Part shown: positions 29,624 to 38,795 of the stretch, piece after piece
How positions within the stretch are numbered: position 1 is the first letter of the stretch
Layout: each line of letters starts with the position of its first letter
DNA from: a virus
Taxonomy: Duplodnaviria; Caudoviricetes
Length of the DNA: 58,763 nucleotides
Virus record (IMG/VR): IMGVR_UViG_3300031673_000048
Span: 1 to 58,763 of that record
Direction: 5' to 3' (one strand)
Notes under the pieces: model-generated
The model's database searches: none
The model's input: the letters and a program-made list of their open reading frames with translations, nothing else
Told to the model about the DNA's origin: nothing
Position numbers and translations under genes: made by a program

Positions 29624-29772
29624 AATTATTCCCTGAATCTAAAGTAATAGTTTTTGCACTATCACTATACATTTCTATACAATTTTCAGTGACATCATTT
29701 TGTAAACGAAGCTGTACTATCAAAGTATCATGGTATTTTTTCTAACTTTTCAATCAATTCTTTGACTGTCAT
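29613..29772 (-). pseudogene. MTxKEL family member 3, frameshifted
   Basis: MTVKELIEKLEK; removing one base from the 6-base run at 29736-29741 restores full-length homology. Confidence 0.6.
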
Positions 29773-30092
29773 GGCTTACTCCATCTATTGTTACGTATTC
29801 TACCGCAGTCATAGCATTTAAATATAAGAAACGATAAAACATAAAAAGTATATGCTGCACCACATTTGCATATAGAGAAATCAGTCTCTTCTCTAGTGGA
29901 ACATCCACAAGGATTTTTATGATTAACATGATCCATTGGTGTGTGACCTTTTCTCATTTTAATGGCTCTTTAATTTTTTCGATTTTATTATCTAATTCGA
30001 TGAAATGCTCTTCACCATACGCTTGAGCGAATCCTTTATCACGACGACAATCATTAGCAGCTTTTGCTGCCTCTAATTGCCATGGTGTTCCC

Positions 30093-30236
30093 TTAATTCT
30101 TGCATCTTATAGTCACAGTATTAAAATATTCACAATAAATATTTTTGATTTCATAGTTATAACCATTAGACGATATTTCGACAACAGCATCTTCAGGAAA
30201 TTCTTTTAGTTGTTCAACAAGTTCTTTAATTGTCAT
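30093..30236 (-). CDS. MTxKEL family small protein 4
   Basis: MTIKELVEQLKEFPEDAVV. Confidence 0.7.
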   Translation of the reverse strand: MTIKELVEQLKEFPEDAVVEISSNGYNYEIKNIYCEYFNTVTIRCKN

Positions 30237-30358
30237 TCGATTATAACCTCGTTATTATTGATAAGATATACATCATTACATTCTCCAAATAAAGGACTAA
30301 CTACAACAGCATCTTCAGGAAATTCTTTTAGTTGTTCAACAAGTTCTTTAATTGTCAT
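30181..30358. repeat. Exact 56-bp direct repeat (30181-30236, 30303-30358)
   Basis: Identical 5' ends of two adjacent genes. Confidence 0.95.
30233..30358 (-). CDS. MTxKEL family small protein 5
   Basis: Same first 18 codons as member 4; GAGGAG RBS. Confidence 0.7.
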   Translation of the reverse strand: MTIKELVEQLKEFPEDAVVVSPLFGECNDVYLINNNEVIIE

Positions 30359-30511
30359 ATTTCTCCTCTAAATCTTTTAATTTATTTCTATAATTTGCGT
30401 TATCACTATGCTCCATTTCCTTCATAATCATTAATCTTAAATACATCTTAACTAATTTAATAATATCACCAAAATTATCGAGCCCCTCATTTAATAGATT
30501 TAGATTAAATA

Positions 30512-31783
30512 TTATTTCGCCATAATAACCGAATAACGATGTGAACCTCCCTCTTCATTTTCACTTTTAAGTTTCACATGAAGTCGCCAAGTTATACCCC
30601 AGGTACGATGTACCCCAAAGATAACCTGAGCGGGTTCATTGAATGTAGATAAACTGTTATAAGCATAAGGACTAGTTGCTACCCAAGCTCCATTTATCAA
30701 TACTTCCCCTCTTAATACATCCTGAATCGCTATATTATGGAAATGACCAAAAACGTAGTTGTCCACCCGTTTATCGACAGCATTATTAAGAGCAGCTAAT
30801 CTTCGTGTCTTACGTTCAATGCCATACCAAGGGATTCCCATATAGCTACGCACATCGTCACCGTGACTTATGCAGAAACCATGGCCTTCAATATCAACGT
30901 TAGCTGAAAAGCTATCAGGGATTATAAACTCTACGTTTACTAAATCTCTGCAATAAGCGAAAGCTGTTTCAGCAACAAGATAATCGTAATTGTCTCTTGG
31001 ATTCTGATAGTCCTTTTTCGGCGTTTTTCTACCGTGATTGCCAGAAACGCATATTACTTTAATATTCTTGAAATAAGGGGCTAAATCCCTTAACATTAAT
31101 GCCTGCATCTGACCAGTAGCAATACAATTACGGAAAACATTACGATAAGTTGTGTGGTCTACAGCCTTATGTATTTCTCCTGAAACATGATCACCTAAAG
31201 ACAAAACGAAAAGAGTATCAAACTGATAACTACGTAGAATTTTCTGTGTGAATCTAAGAGTTGAGTCAACAAGTGTCTCGGCCCGTTTTAGAGCAATATT
31301 AAAATCATAATGCTCTAACCCACCAACTTGATGCGGTAAAATAATATCAGCAGCATGTTCATCAGAAAGAAGCATAACAAGAGATTCTTGTATCTTCTTT
31401 CCATGATAATTAATCTTCTTTGCCACCGGGAGTGGGCTAATAGGTTTAACAATGTCTTTTATCTCTTCGGCTAATGCTTGAAAAATACCATTACTTCGTT
31501 GTGCCGCTTTATACGCTGCTTTAATATTGGTACGTTCATCTTTTAACGAAACAACTTGTTGCTCTAATTGTAATATTCTTTTATCTGTTGGGTTTAATTT
31601 AACTGAATCAATTGATTCTTTTGTTTCTAATGGCCTAATAATTTTATTTTTTATACAAATATTATGTACTGTTCCTTGCGACACTCCCGTAGCTAATGAT
31701 ATTAATCTCTGTGAATCAGTGGTTTCCGTTAATAGTTTTATAATTTTATCAACAAGTGCCGGGTCTAACTTTTTAGATGCCAT
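30512..31783 (-). CDS. HTH + coiled coil + calcineurin-like metallophosphoesterase
   Basis: SQRLISLATGVSQGTV; SDEH, GD, GNHG, HGD, GHFH. Confidence 0.85.
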   Translation of the reverse strand: MASKKLDPALVDKIIKLLTETTDSQRLISLATGVSQGTVHNICIKNKIIRPLETKESIDSVKLNPTDKRILQLEQQVVSLKDERTNIKAAYKAAQRSNGIFQALAEEIKDIVKPISPLPVAKKINYHGKKIQESLVMLLSDEHAADIILPHQVGGLEHYDFNIALKRAETLVDSTLRFTQKILRSYQFDTLFVLSLGDHVSGEIHKAVDHTTYRNVFRNCIATGQMQALMLRDLAPYFKNIKVICVSGNHGRKTPKKDYQNPRDNYDYLVAETAFAYCRDLVNVEFIIPDSFSANVDIEGHGFCISHGDDVRSYMGIPWYGIERKTRRLAALNNAVDKRVDNYVFGHFHNIAIQDVLRGEVLINGAWVATSPYAYNSLSTFNEPAQVIFGVHRTWGITWRLHVKLKSENEEGGSHRYSVIMAK

Positions 31784-31789
31784 TATTTA

Positions 31790-32095
31790 CTACCTTCTTT
31801 CTATTTGCTTTATTTTTGTTAAAATATCATTTATTAAACATTTTCCTGTTCTCAATTCCTTAAACGTCCCTTTAGCACCAGTATTAAGTAATCTTAAAAT
31901 AGCATCTAATTTGTTTCTTACTTCTCCAACATAATCTATAAAAATATGGTAAGTTAATTCCAAAATATCATTATCATCCATTTCTGGTATTGCTGTACCT
32001 AAAATATATTCAATATCTTTTTTACTAACTACACTTTGCTCTTTATTACAATTAATATAAAAATTAACTGATTCCATATTAGATTTCTTAGTCAT
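31790..32095 (-). CDS. Hypothetical protein
   Basis: Co-oriented ORF. Confidence 0.5.
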   Translation of the reverse strand: MTKKSNMESVNFYINCNKEQSVVSKKDIEYILGTAIPEMDDNDILELTYHIFIDYVGEVRNKLDAILRLLNTGAKGTFKELRTGKCLINDILTKIKQIERR

Positions 32096-32131
32096 ACAAA
32101 TCTTTCTAAAATATTTTCAATTATAAAATCA

Positions 32132-34444
32132 TTAATTGCGATTTAACTCCAATGCTTTAGTTACATCACCCATTGTCAATGCTTGTAGTTCACGTTTCTT
32201 TTTAAGATTCTCAAGAATAAGATAATCAGTATTGAGATGTAGCAAATCAATTATAGTGCAACCGCGGTTTATATCCATACCAGGTCTATGGGCACGATCT
32301 TCTGATTGTATACGACTCTCCGCATTAAAATCATTACTATAATAAATAATAACTGGACTTGCTGTGAGGGTCAAACCCATCCCCGCTGCACCAGGTTGGC
32401 CAATGAACGCTATTCTTGGATACTTAACTAATTCTTTTTGGAAATTAGTAAGTTCATCGCCATCAATAGAACTATGCCAACCGCGACCATCTACACGTAT
32501 ATATTCCCAACCGCAATCTTTAACTATTTGCACGCATCTATCAATACTGCCAGTGAAACCAGCATAAATAATAACACGACCAATTTCACTATATTCATCT
32601 AATAATTCTCTTAATGCTTCATCTTTCGGTGTCTCAAATTGCTCAGCAATTTGTGTGTAAGTCTTAATTGTTCCTATCCCGCCACAGCCATCACAAATAA
32701 CAGTCTCATTGAGATTAATATCAATTGGCTGGCTATCTTCTGGTAAATCTGATCCTACTAACGGATTAGGTATAGCTCCTTTACCTGCACAAACAGAACA
32801 TTGTTTCTCACCGCTTTCTTTTTCAATATATTGGAAACCGTCACTTAATTCTCTTAATAATATTAAACCGGCAACAATAGTGTTGGCTCCAGCGACAAGA
32901 GACTTAGCAATATCAAGAATTGATTTAGATGGTTTCAGCTCAATACAACGATATATTTTATCTGGGAGATCAAGACAATCTTTTTTGAATTGAACAAGAA
33001 CAAGCCCAGACATCCTTTTATAGAGTCGTTCACACTCATTTACCGATGGTGTGAATTGATGATCAGCATCTAAGTCGATACTTGAATGGGTATCTTTATA
33101 TTCGCCACAAATCGCACACTTATTACTATCATCGAGCCAAGCAACAACTTTTGGGTACGCTTGGCCAAAAAGATTTTCTTCTTGAGATATAATGGCTAAT
33201 GTATTACGAAATTTAGCATAAGAGCCTTCTTTAATAAATCCAGAACAAGCTGTCTCACACTGATTATACCAATCAAGTGGACTCTTCGGAGCAGGTGAGC
33301 CGCTAGTAAGAATGATATAACCGTTTTTACCGTATTTCTCTCTAATACGATCAGCCATAATTAAAGCTGCTTGTGACCGTTGAGCGGTTGGTGATTTTAT
33401 TCTCGATGATTCATCTAACCATAGCCCTTGTGGGGGGTCAGCATCACTTTTCACTAATTTAACTAATTTCTGATAAGTCATTACTTCTGGTATGACTCGT
33501 GCATCCCATTGATTGAACTCATACTCCACAGCTTTAATTGCTGATTTTGGTCCAACATACCACCAATCCTCAAATCCCGATCGTTCCATGACCTCGATCC
33601 CGACCAATGTTTTACCACAATTATGCACATGAATATTATTAGCAAGAAAATGTCTATAAGGTTCATCGCAAACAATATCATAAACTTCTTGCTCAAACCA
33701 TGTAGAAAATGACTCTATTCTTATAAAATCAATTTTATCTTTTCCGATTTCTACTCTAACTAAATCACCTTCCATTAACTCACTATTCGCAGCAAAATCT
33801 GTAAATCCTATCCCAATCTCGTGGTCTGGTGTAACTGTAATACTATGGCCATTTTCTAAATTAATAGTTCGTACCTGCTTAATACCTTGGCATATAACAT
33901 TATAAACTTTAACATACTTAGACCTAGAACCTACAAGAGTTTTGATTCTAAAATCCATTTCTACTATTTTATGGCGAAAACGGCTATCACCATTATGGAA
34001 ATATAAATAAAAATCTTCTAATTTAATTATTTTGCTGTGATCTTTTTTCCCTGGTAAAATAGTAACAATAGTATCACCAGATAAACATCCCATTTCTGCT
34101 GCAAGAATAGCCTGTTTACGTAATAAAAGAAAATCAACATCTTTCTTTTGATGATCATAAAGTGGACGCTGATAGTCATTCTTAACTGGTTCTTTATCGT
34201 AATCTTTATATGGATTTTTGCCTTGTAAATACTCTAACTGAAAAATATTATGAGGAGAGTTATTAATACGCCATACTTTTCGTGGAGGATTTTCATACCC
34301 TAGCCATCTAGCCCCTTCCATTGATTTTATTTCAGCAATTAATACTTTACTAAAGCCAAATGAAACAAAAATATATTCATCCTCAAATAATAATTTAACT
34401 GGGATTAAATATTTTCCTGCTTTGAGTTTAACATCTATTTTCAT
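32132..34444 (-). CDS. SNF2-like SF2 helicase with a mini-intein
   Basis: AEMG|CGKT Walker A, DESS, SGSP, GLTLT, QSEDRAHRPG. Confidence 0.9.
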   Translation of the reverse strand: MKIDVKLKAGKYLIPVKLLFEDEYIFVSFGFSKVLIAEIKSMEGARWLGYENPPRKVWRINNSPHNIFQLEYLQGKNPYKDYDKEPVKNDYQRPLYDHQKKDVDFLLLRKQAILAAEMGCLSGDTIVTILPGKKDHSKIIKLEDFYLYFHNGDSRFRHKIVEMDFRIKTLVGSRSKYVKVYNVICQGIKQVRTINLENGHSITVTPDHEIGIGFTDFAANSELMEGDLVRVEIGKDKIDFIRIESFSTWFEQEVYDIVCDEPYRHFLANNIHVHNCGKTLVGIEVMERSGFEDWWYVGPKSAIKAVEYEFNQWDARVIPEVMTYQKLVKLVKSDADPPQGLWLDESSRIKSPTAQRSQAALIMADRIREKYGKNGYIILTSGSPAPKSPLDWYNQCETACSGFIKEGSYAKFRNTLAIISQEENLFGQAYPKVVAWLDDSNKCAICGEYKDTHSSIDLDADHQFTPSVNECERLYKRMSGLVLVQFKKDCLDLPDKIYRCIELKPSKSILDIAKSLVAGANTIVAGLILLRELSDGFQYIEKESGEKQCSVCAGKGAIPNPLVGSDLPEDSQPIDINLNETVICDGCGGIGTIKTYTQIAEQFETPKDEALRELLDEYSEIGRVIIYAGFTGSIDRCVQIVKDCGWEYIRVDGRGWHSSIDGDELTNFQKELVKYPRIAFIGQPGAAGMGLTLTASPVIIYYSNDFNAESRIQSEDRAHRPGMDINRGCTIIDLLHLNTDYLILENLKKKRELQALTMGDVTKALELNRN
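33620..34087 (-). mobile_element. Mini-intein (156 aa) in the helicase Walker A
   Basis: CLSGDT start, TPDH block B, VYDI...HVHN|C end; no endonuclease domain. Confidence 0.92.
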
Positions 34445-34466
34445 TTTATTCTCACAAAAATGATCT

Positions 34467-34979
34467 TCATTTAAAATATGGAGACATTAATTGACGATAT
34501 AATTCTTCAAATGATAATGTTGATTTTAATTTAATCTTTGCTTCCATTAATGTACAAATTTCATCATTATTGTAAACAAATAATTCGTTCCAGTTAGGTG
34601 TTCCTTCGTAACTTAAAAATCGGCAAAATGGATTTAATACAGTCATCGGCCCAGGGCCAATATAATTATTATTAATATACTGAGTTTGATAAGTTTCATA
34701 GCTTTGGGATGAATTTCTTCGGCCAAAATTATTAGAATTTCTACCAAAATTATTAGAACTTCTACCAAAATCATTAGAAAATTTTACACCGATACCATAA
34801 AAGTATTTAGGCTCCCAATCACTTTTTATATGTAAACGAGCTTGTTCATTTTGCCAAAGTGCCCAATCTCTATAGTTGTCATCTGATAACGACTGCACAT
34901 ATTCTGGTAATGTTGCTGGTGTAGAAAAATCAATATTAATTGTAGTAATTGCTAAAAGTATTATAGATATTAATGGCAT
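34467..34979 (-). CDS. Putative secreted protein with a 21-bp internal repeat
   Basis: Hydrophobic N-terminus; (N/D)FGR(S/N)SN repeats. Confidence 0.55.
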   Translation of the reverse strand: MPLISIILLAITTINIDFSTPATLPEYVQSLSDDNYRDWALWQNEQARLHIKSDWEPKYFYGIGVKFSNDFGRSSNNFGRNSNNFGRRNSSQSYETYQTQYINNNYIGPGPMTVLNPFCRFLSYEGTPNWNELFVYNNDEICTLMEAKIKLKSTLSFEELYRQLMSPYFK

Positions 34980-35008
34980 AACTAGCTCTTTATATTACAT
35001 TGACTATT

Positions 35009-35470
35009 TCATTTCAAAAGCTTTCGTTCAATTATAAAAATTTGTTTAAGCCCGATATTATAAAAAAAAGATAAACAAAGAGAAGCAAGCTCTGATTCTA
35101 TTGATAGAACTTGCTTCCATTTATCTAATGATCCCGAAACGTAAACTAAACGATAATTCTTTTTTCTAGTTTTTGATATTAAAATCTCTAATCCAGATAA
35201 ATCGAGAAGATCGGCTGCTGGGGCGTAGATAAGGAATGAGAAGAATAAATGCCCCAGCAGCCGATCTGATTGTGATAGAATGGTAGACGGTATTACTATT
35301 TCACCTTTATAGAATTCTGCTAAAGATATGATAGCTCTAGCATGATCATTGAATTTGATTTTACAATTATCAAGAGAAAAAGTTGGAGTATGGCCTGTTA
35401 AATTGGCTACTTCTTTAATGAAGATCGGCCAATTCAGGATAGATGTTCCAATAGGCCACACTCTAATCAT
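35009..35470 (-). CDS. Hypothetical protein, weak ThyX-fold resemblance
   Basis: LGHLFFSFLI and SGSLDKW patterns; no RHR motif. Confidence 0.4.
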   Translation of the reverse strand: MIRVWPIGTSILNWPIFIKEVANLTGHTPTFSLDNCKIKFNDHARAIISLAEFYKGEIVIPSTILSQSDRLLGHLFFSFLIYAPAADLLDLSGLEILISKTRKKNYRLVYVSGSLDKWKQVLSIESELASLCLSFFYNIGLKQIFIIERKLLK

Positions 35471-36111
35471 TATCGTTCCCGGCTGTCATCATCAGAGGCA
35501 AGCTCAGGAGTACGATCGGGAGGATTAAGAAATTGATTAATCTTAACTTTGATAGTTTCAATCGGTGGTAAATCAATTGGCGTTGAGCAAGCTATAACAA
35601 CCGGACCAGCCCACACAAATTTACCTTTCTTAATAATACGACTCTTCAGGGTCGCTGCACATCGAAGTAATGGTTCAACCTGCCGAGCTTCCCTTCTTGC
35701 GGTCTTCGATGACATAAAGAATGTCAGGAACCGTTCTACTGGTGGCACCCATAATAGGAACTCAGGACCATACATACAACCACTATCTTTAACAGGAGAC
35801 CTTTCTTGAATATCCTTGAAAACATCTGATGTTGGATCAAATGATTCTAAAATCGGGTCTTCATTTGTTGATAAGGCTTTTGAACGCCATGATAGAATAA
35901 CAACATCTACGGTATCACCAAGATCAATAACGCCATCGTCCTCGGGGATGCCATAATGATTGGCAGGTATCTTGCCTTCCTGAACAAGATTGGACTTACT
36001 ACTATAAAGCTGTAAACGATAGAAGAAATTCTCTTCAGAAGCAGTTATTTCAGCTAAACTGCCACCTTGAGGGGCTGCTATTTCGTTTGATGGAATTAAT
36101 TCATTAGACAT
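35470..36111 (-). CDS. Putative single-stranded DNA-binding protein
   Basis: Position in the replication module, beta-rich pattern, acidic C-terminus; function inferred. Confidence 0.4.
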   Translation of the reverse strand: MSNELIPSNEIAAPQGGSLAEITASEENFFYRLQLYSSKSNLVQEGKIPANHYGIPEDDGVIDLGDTVDVVILSWRSKALSTNEDPILESFDPTSDVFKDIQERSPVKDSGCMYGPEFLLWVPPVERFLTFFMSSKTARREARQVEPLLRCAATLKSRIIKKGKFVWAGPVVIACSTPIDLPPIETIKVKINQFLNPPDRTPELASDDDSRER

Positions 36112-36660
36112 TAATGATTTACCTTTTAGATAAAATGAAAATAATCTTGATCTTGATATTAAGAATTCATAAAATTATCATGAGCACATTCATCACAAGC
36201 ATAAATTAACAATCGGTTGCCTTTAATTTCACATATAAGCGGCCTATCACACGCTTCACATTTTAATTCTAATAGCTGGCCGCCAATATTAAGAACTGTT
36301 ACTTTTGGTACAAATCATTGATAATGAGGTAGTTTATCAAATTTTATCTTATCAATAACAGCTTGTGGATTAGCACAGTTCTTAACCGATTCTTCAAAAT
36401 ACTTGTCGTTAGTCATAGTTTTAATCCTTTGATGGAAATGAAAATAAAAATGAAAATGAAAATGAGAATGAAAAATAAATGTGGCTCGTCTTGGTATTCT
36501 TGTAGTAGGTCTTATTCCCAAGCGGCATGATAACAATGGTGTGGCCGCGTATCCACCGTCGTCACATTTAACAGTCGCCAAAGTGAGTTTGCTAAAGAAG
36601 AGGCTACCTAAGTATACTTACTTTAGTAGAGGCCAGACGACTACACTAAAGATATTAAAA

Positions 36661-37632
36661 TCAGAGACCAGCTTCCTCAGCCGCCTTAGCAGCTTCGTTT
36701 GCCGCATCGTCTGCCTTCTTCTTTGCACGCTCTGCTGCACGACGCTTTTTTGCGTCATCTAACTTAGTCTTCTTCTCAACATCAGCCGCTTGCTGTGTAG
36801 CAATACTAAGAGGATCAAGATTAATAGCAAAAGCAATACCTAGTGCGAATCCATCTTCTGCCGTCTTAGCACCAGCTTGTCTGCACAATTCCGGTCCAAT
36901 TGCTGGAGAATTATATTCATCCTTCAATTCACCAAAACGACGCAAACTAGATACTGGAGCAAATACAGCCGGCTTCGATTGACGACCTTCTCGTGCAGCA
37001 TCTTTTAGCTCCTTAGCACGAGCTTGGACTGTCGGGGCAAAAACATCAGTAGTCTCCGTCATGGCTTGATCAATATAGTTAAGCTGCTCATTGTGTGGCA
37101 GCTTCGATAAAGCCACAGCATTTGCTACTGTGATTTTATCAGCATCTACTAAAGCCTGAACCGACGGCTCCAGCTTCAATAAATTAAGACGCTGACTTAC
37201 CCATGAAGCACTTCTAGCTATTCTGACTGACATATCAGAAATAGTAAAAGTAGGATTCATCGCAAAAATTCGTTGTAATTGCCTAGTATACTCAACTGGC
37301 TTCGTGTCAACTCGATGAATATTAGCCATAATTTGAGCTTCGAGAAGCTCAACTCTATCTAATGACACAATATTAACAGGAAGTTCAGCAAGACCAACTT
37401 CAACAGCAGCAGTATACCGATGAAGTCCATTGACAATCTCATAAAACTCAACAGTTGATCCGTCGACATCTTCGGTTCGACGACGAACTGAAATTGCATC
37501 TAAAATACCAACACGGGCAATAGAATCACGTAGACCACCATAATTTTCACCTTCAACATCAACGCTACGTAAAGCAACAGGATTTTCACGAATTGCAGAA
37601 ATAGGTACAACTAAAACTTCAGGTTTTGACAT
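36661..37632 (-). CDS. ParB-family protein with Ala/Lys-rich C-terminus
   Basis: GILDAISV, IVNGLHRY, ANIHRVD, HTH SASWVSQRL.LL.L; AGGAG RBS. Confidence 0.88.
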   Translation of the reverse strand: MSKPEVLVVPISAIRENPVALRSVDVEGENYGGLRDSIARVGILDAISVRRRTEDVDGSTVEFYEIVNGLHRYTAAVEVGLAELPVNIVSLDRVELLEAQIMANIHRVDTKPVEYTRQLQRIFAMNPTFTISDMSVRIARSASWVSQRLNLLKLEPSVQALVDADKITVANAVALSKLPHNEQLNYIDQAMTETTDVFAPTVQARAKELKDAAREGRQSKPAVFAPVSSLRRFGELKDEYNSPAIGPELCRQAGAKTAEDGFALGIAFAINLDPLSIATQQAADVEKKTKLDDAKKRRAAERAKKKADDAANEAAKAAEEAGL

Positions 37633-37679
37633 AACCGACTCTCCTAAGTGAGAAATGTAAATAGTTTCAAATCGACTGA

Positions 37680-38248
37680 TAATAAAATCAAACTATAACT
37701 AATAATAAAATCAAACTTTTACTAATAATAACAAATTTTCAATGATAATAATATCAATCTCATAAAATCAATATCAAATGACTCAATCCCATAAAATCAA
37801 TATCACTCGACTCTTACTGGTCTACCACTTATACTACGTGTTTTTTGGACATTTTGTCGGCTGAAAATGCCTTGAAAAGTTGTATTTTCATAAATCGTTT
37901 GGTAATAAGAACTTAACAGGAAAACAGGAAATAATTTGATTCCTATATATCCCTTGTGGAACTATTTTTATACTTTTCGATTCCACGAGAGCTAAAAGTT
38001 GTATAAGTTGTAATCTTGTTAAGTTCTTATTGCCAAACGATATAGATTTTATTGAATCTTTATATTATTGTTGCGTAAAGGACTGATTACTATTGTACAA
38101 ACGACTATGGAAAAACGTAGTATAGGTGGGGATTGTCCCGCACGTACACGCGAAAAGAAAGGACTGAAAGCTGCTTTGATATTGATTTTATGAACTTTAA
38201 CCGAATGATTTTGATTTTATTAAACAAGAAACTTTGATTTTATAATCA
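37680..38248. promoter_or_regulatory. Divergent control region / candidate origin with nested inverted repeats
   Basis: Strand switch; 25-bp IR (37894-37918, 38017-38041); ACGTAGTATARGTGG IR (37825-37839, 38115-38129); TGATATTGATTTTATG copies on both flanks. Confidence 0.75.
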
Positions 38249-38795
38249 TGGCTCAAACTAAAAAAAATGCAGTTGCTGCGGGTTTGTTAAGTCTGTAGAT
38301 GAATTTTATTTCAATAAAACAAGGCAAGATGGCCCGCAGCACTATTGTAAGATTTGTAAAGAAAAGTTAAGAGGGAGGAATAAACAAATTTTATCTACTG
38401 AATACTTACCAAAAGAAAAAAGATGTTCTGTTTGTGATAAAATTAAACAACAAATTGATTTCCATCTTAATACCGGGAAAAAAGATGGGTTAAGTTGTCA
38501 ATGTATTGAATGCTATAAAAAAAGACGAACTTATAATAAACAATATAAAAAATCATATCATCGGTTAAATAAATATGGATTAAATGATTTTCAATATAGT
38601 CAATTATTAGAGAAACAAAATAATGTTTGTGCTATTTGTGGTAAAACAGTTAAATTATATGTTGACCATAATCATAAAACCAATAAAGTAAGAGGATTAC
38701 TTTGTAGCAGTTGTAATAAAATGCTGGGTTTTACAAAAGATAATCCACAAATACTGAGAGACGGTGCTGATTATGCTGGGGATAATATCAAATGA
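38248..38795 (+). pseudogene. Endonuclease VII-family homing endonuclease, frameshifted at A8
   Basis: Missing from the ORF track; zinc knuckles, KYGL, QNNVCAIC, VDHNH, VRGLLCSSCN; A8 at 38260-38267 breaks the frame after MAQTKK. Confidence 0.85.

Noticed and set aside
30181-30358. Diversity-generating retroelement TR/VR pair
   Set aside because: The repeats are identical with no adenine-specific mismatches, and there is no reverse transcriptase in the window
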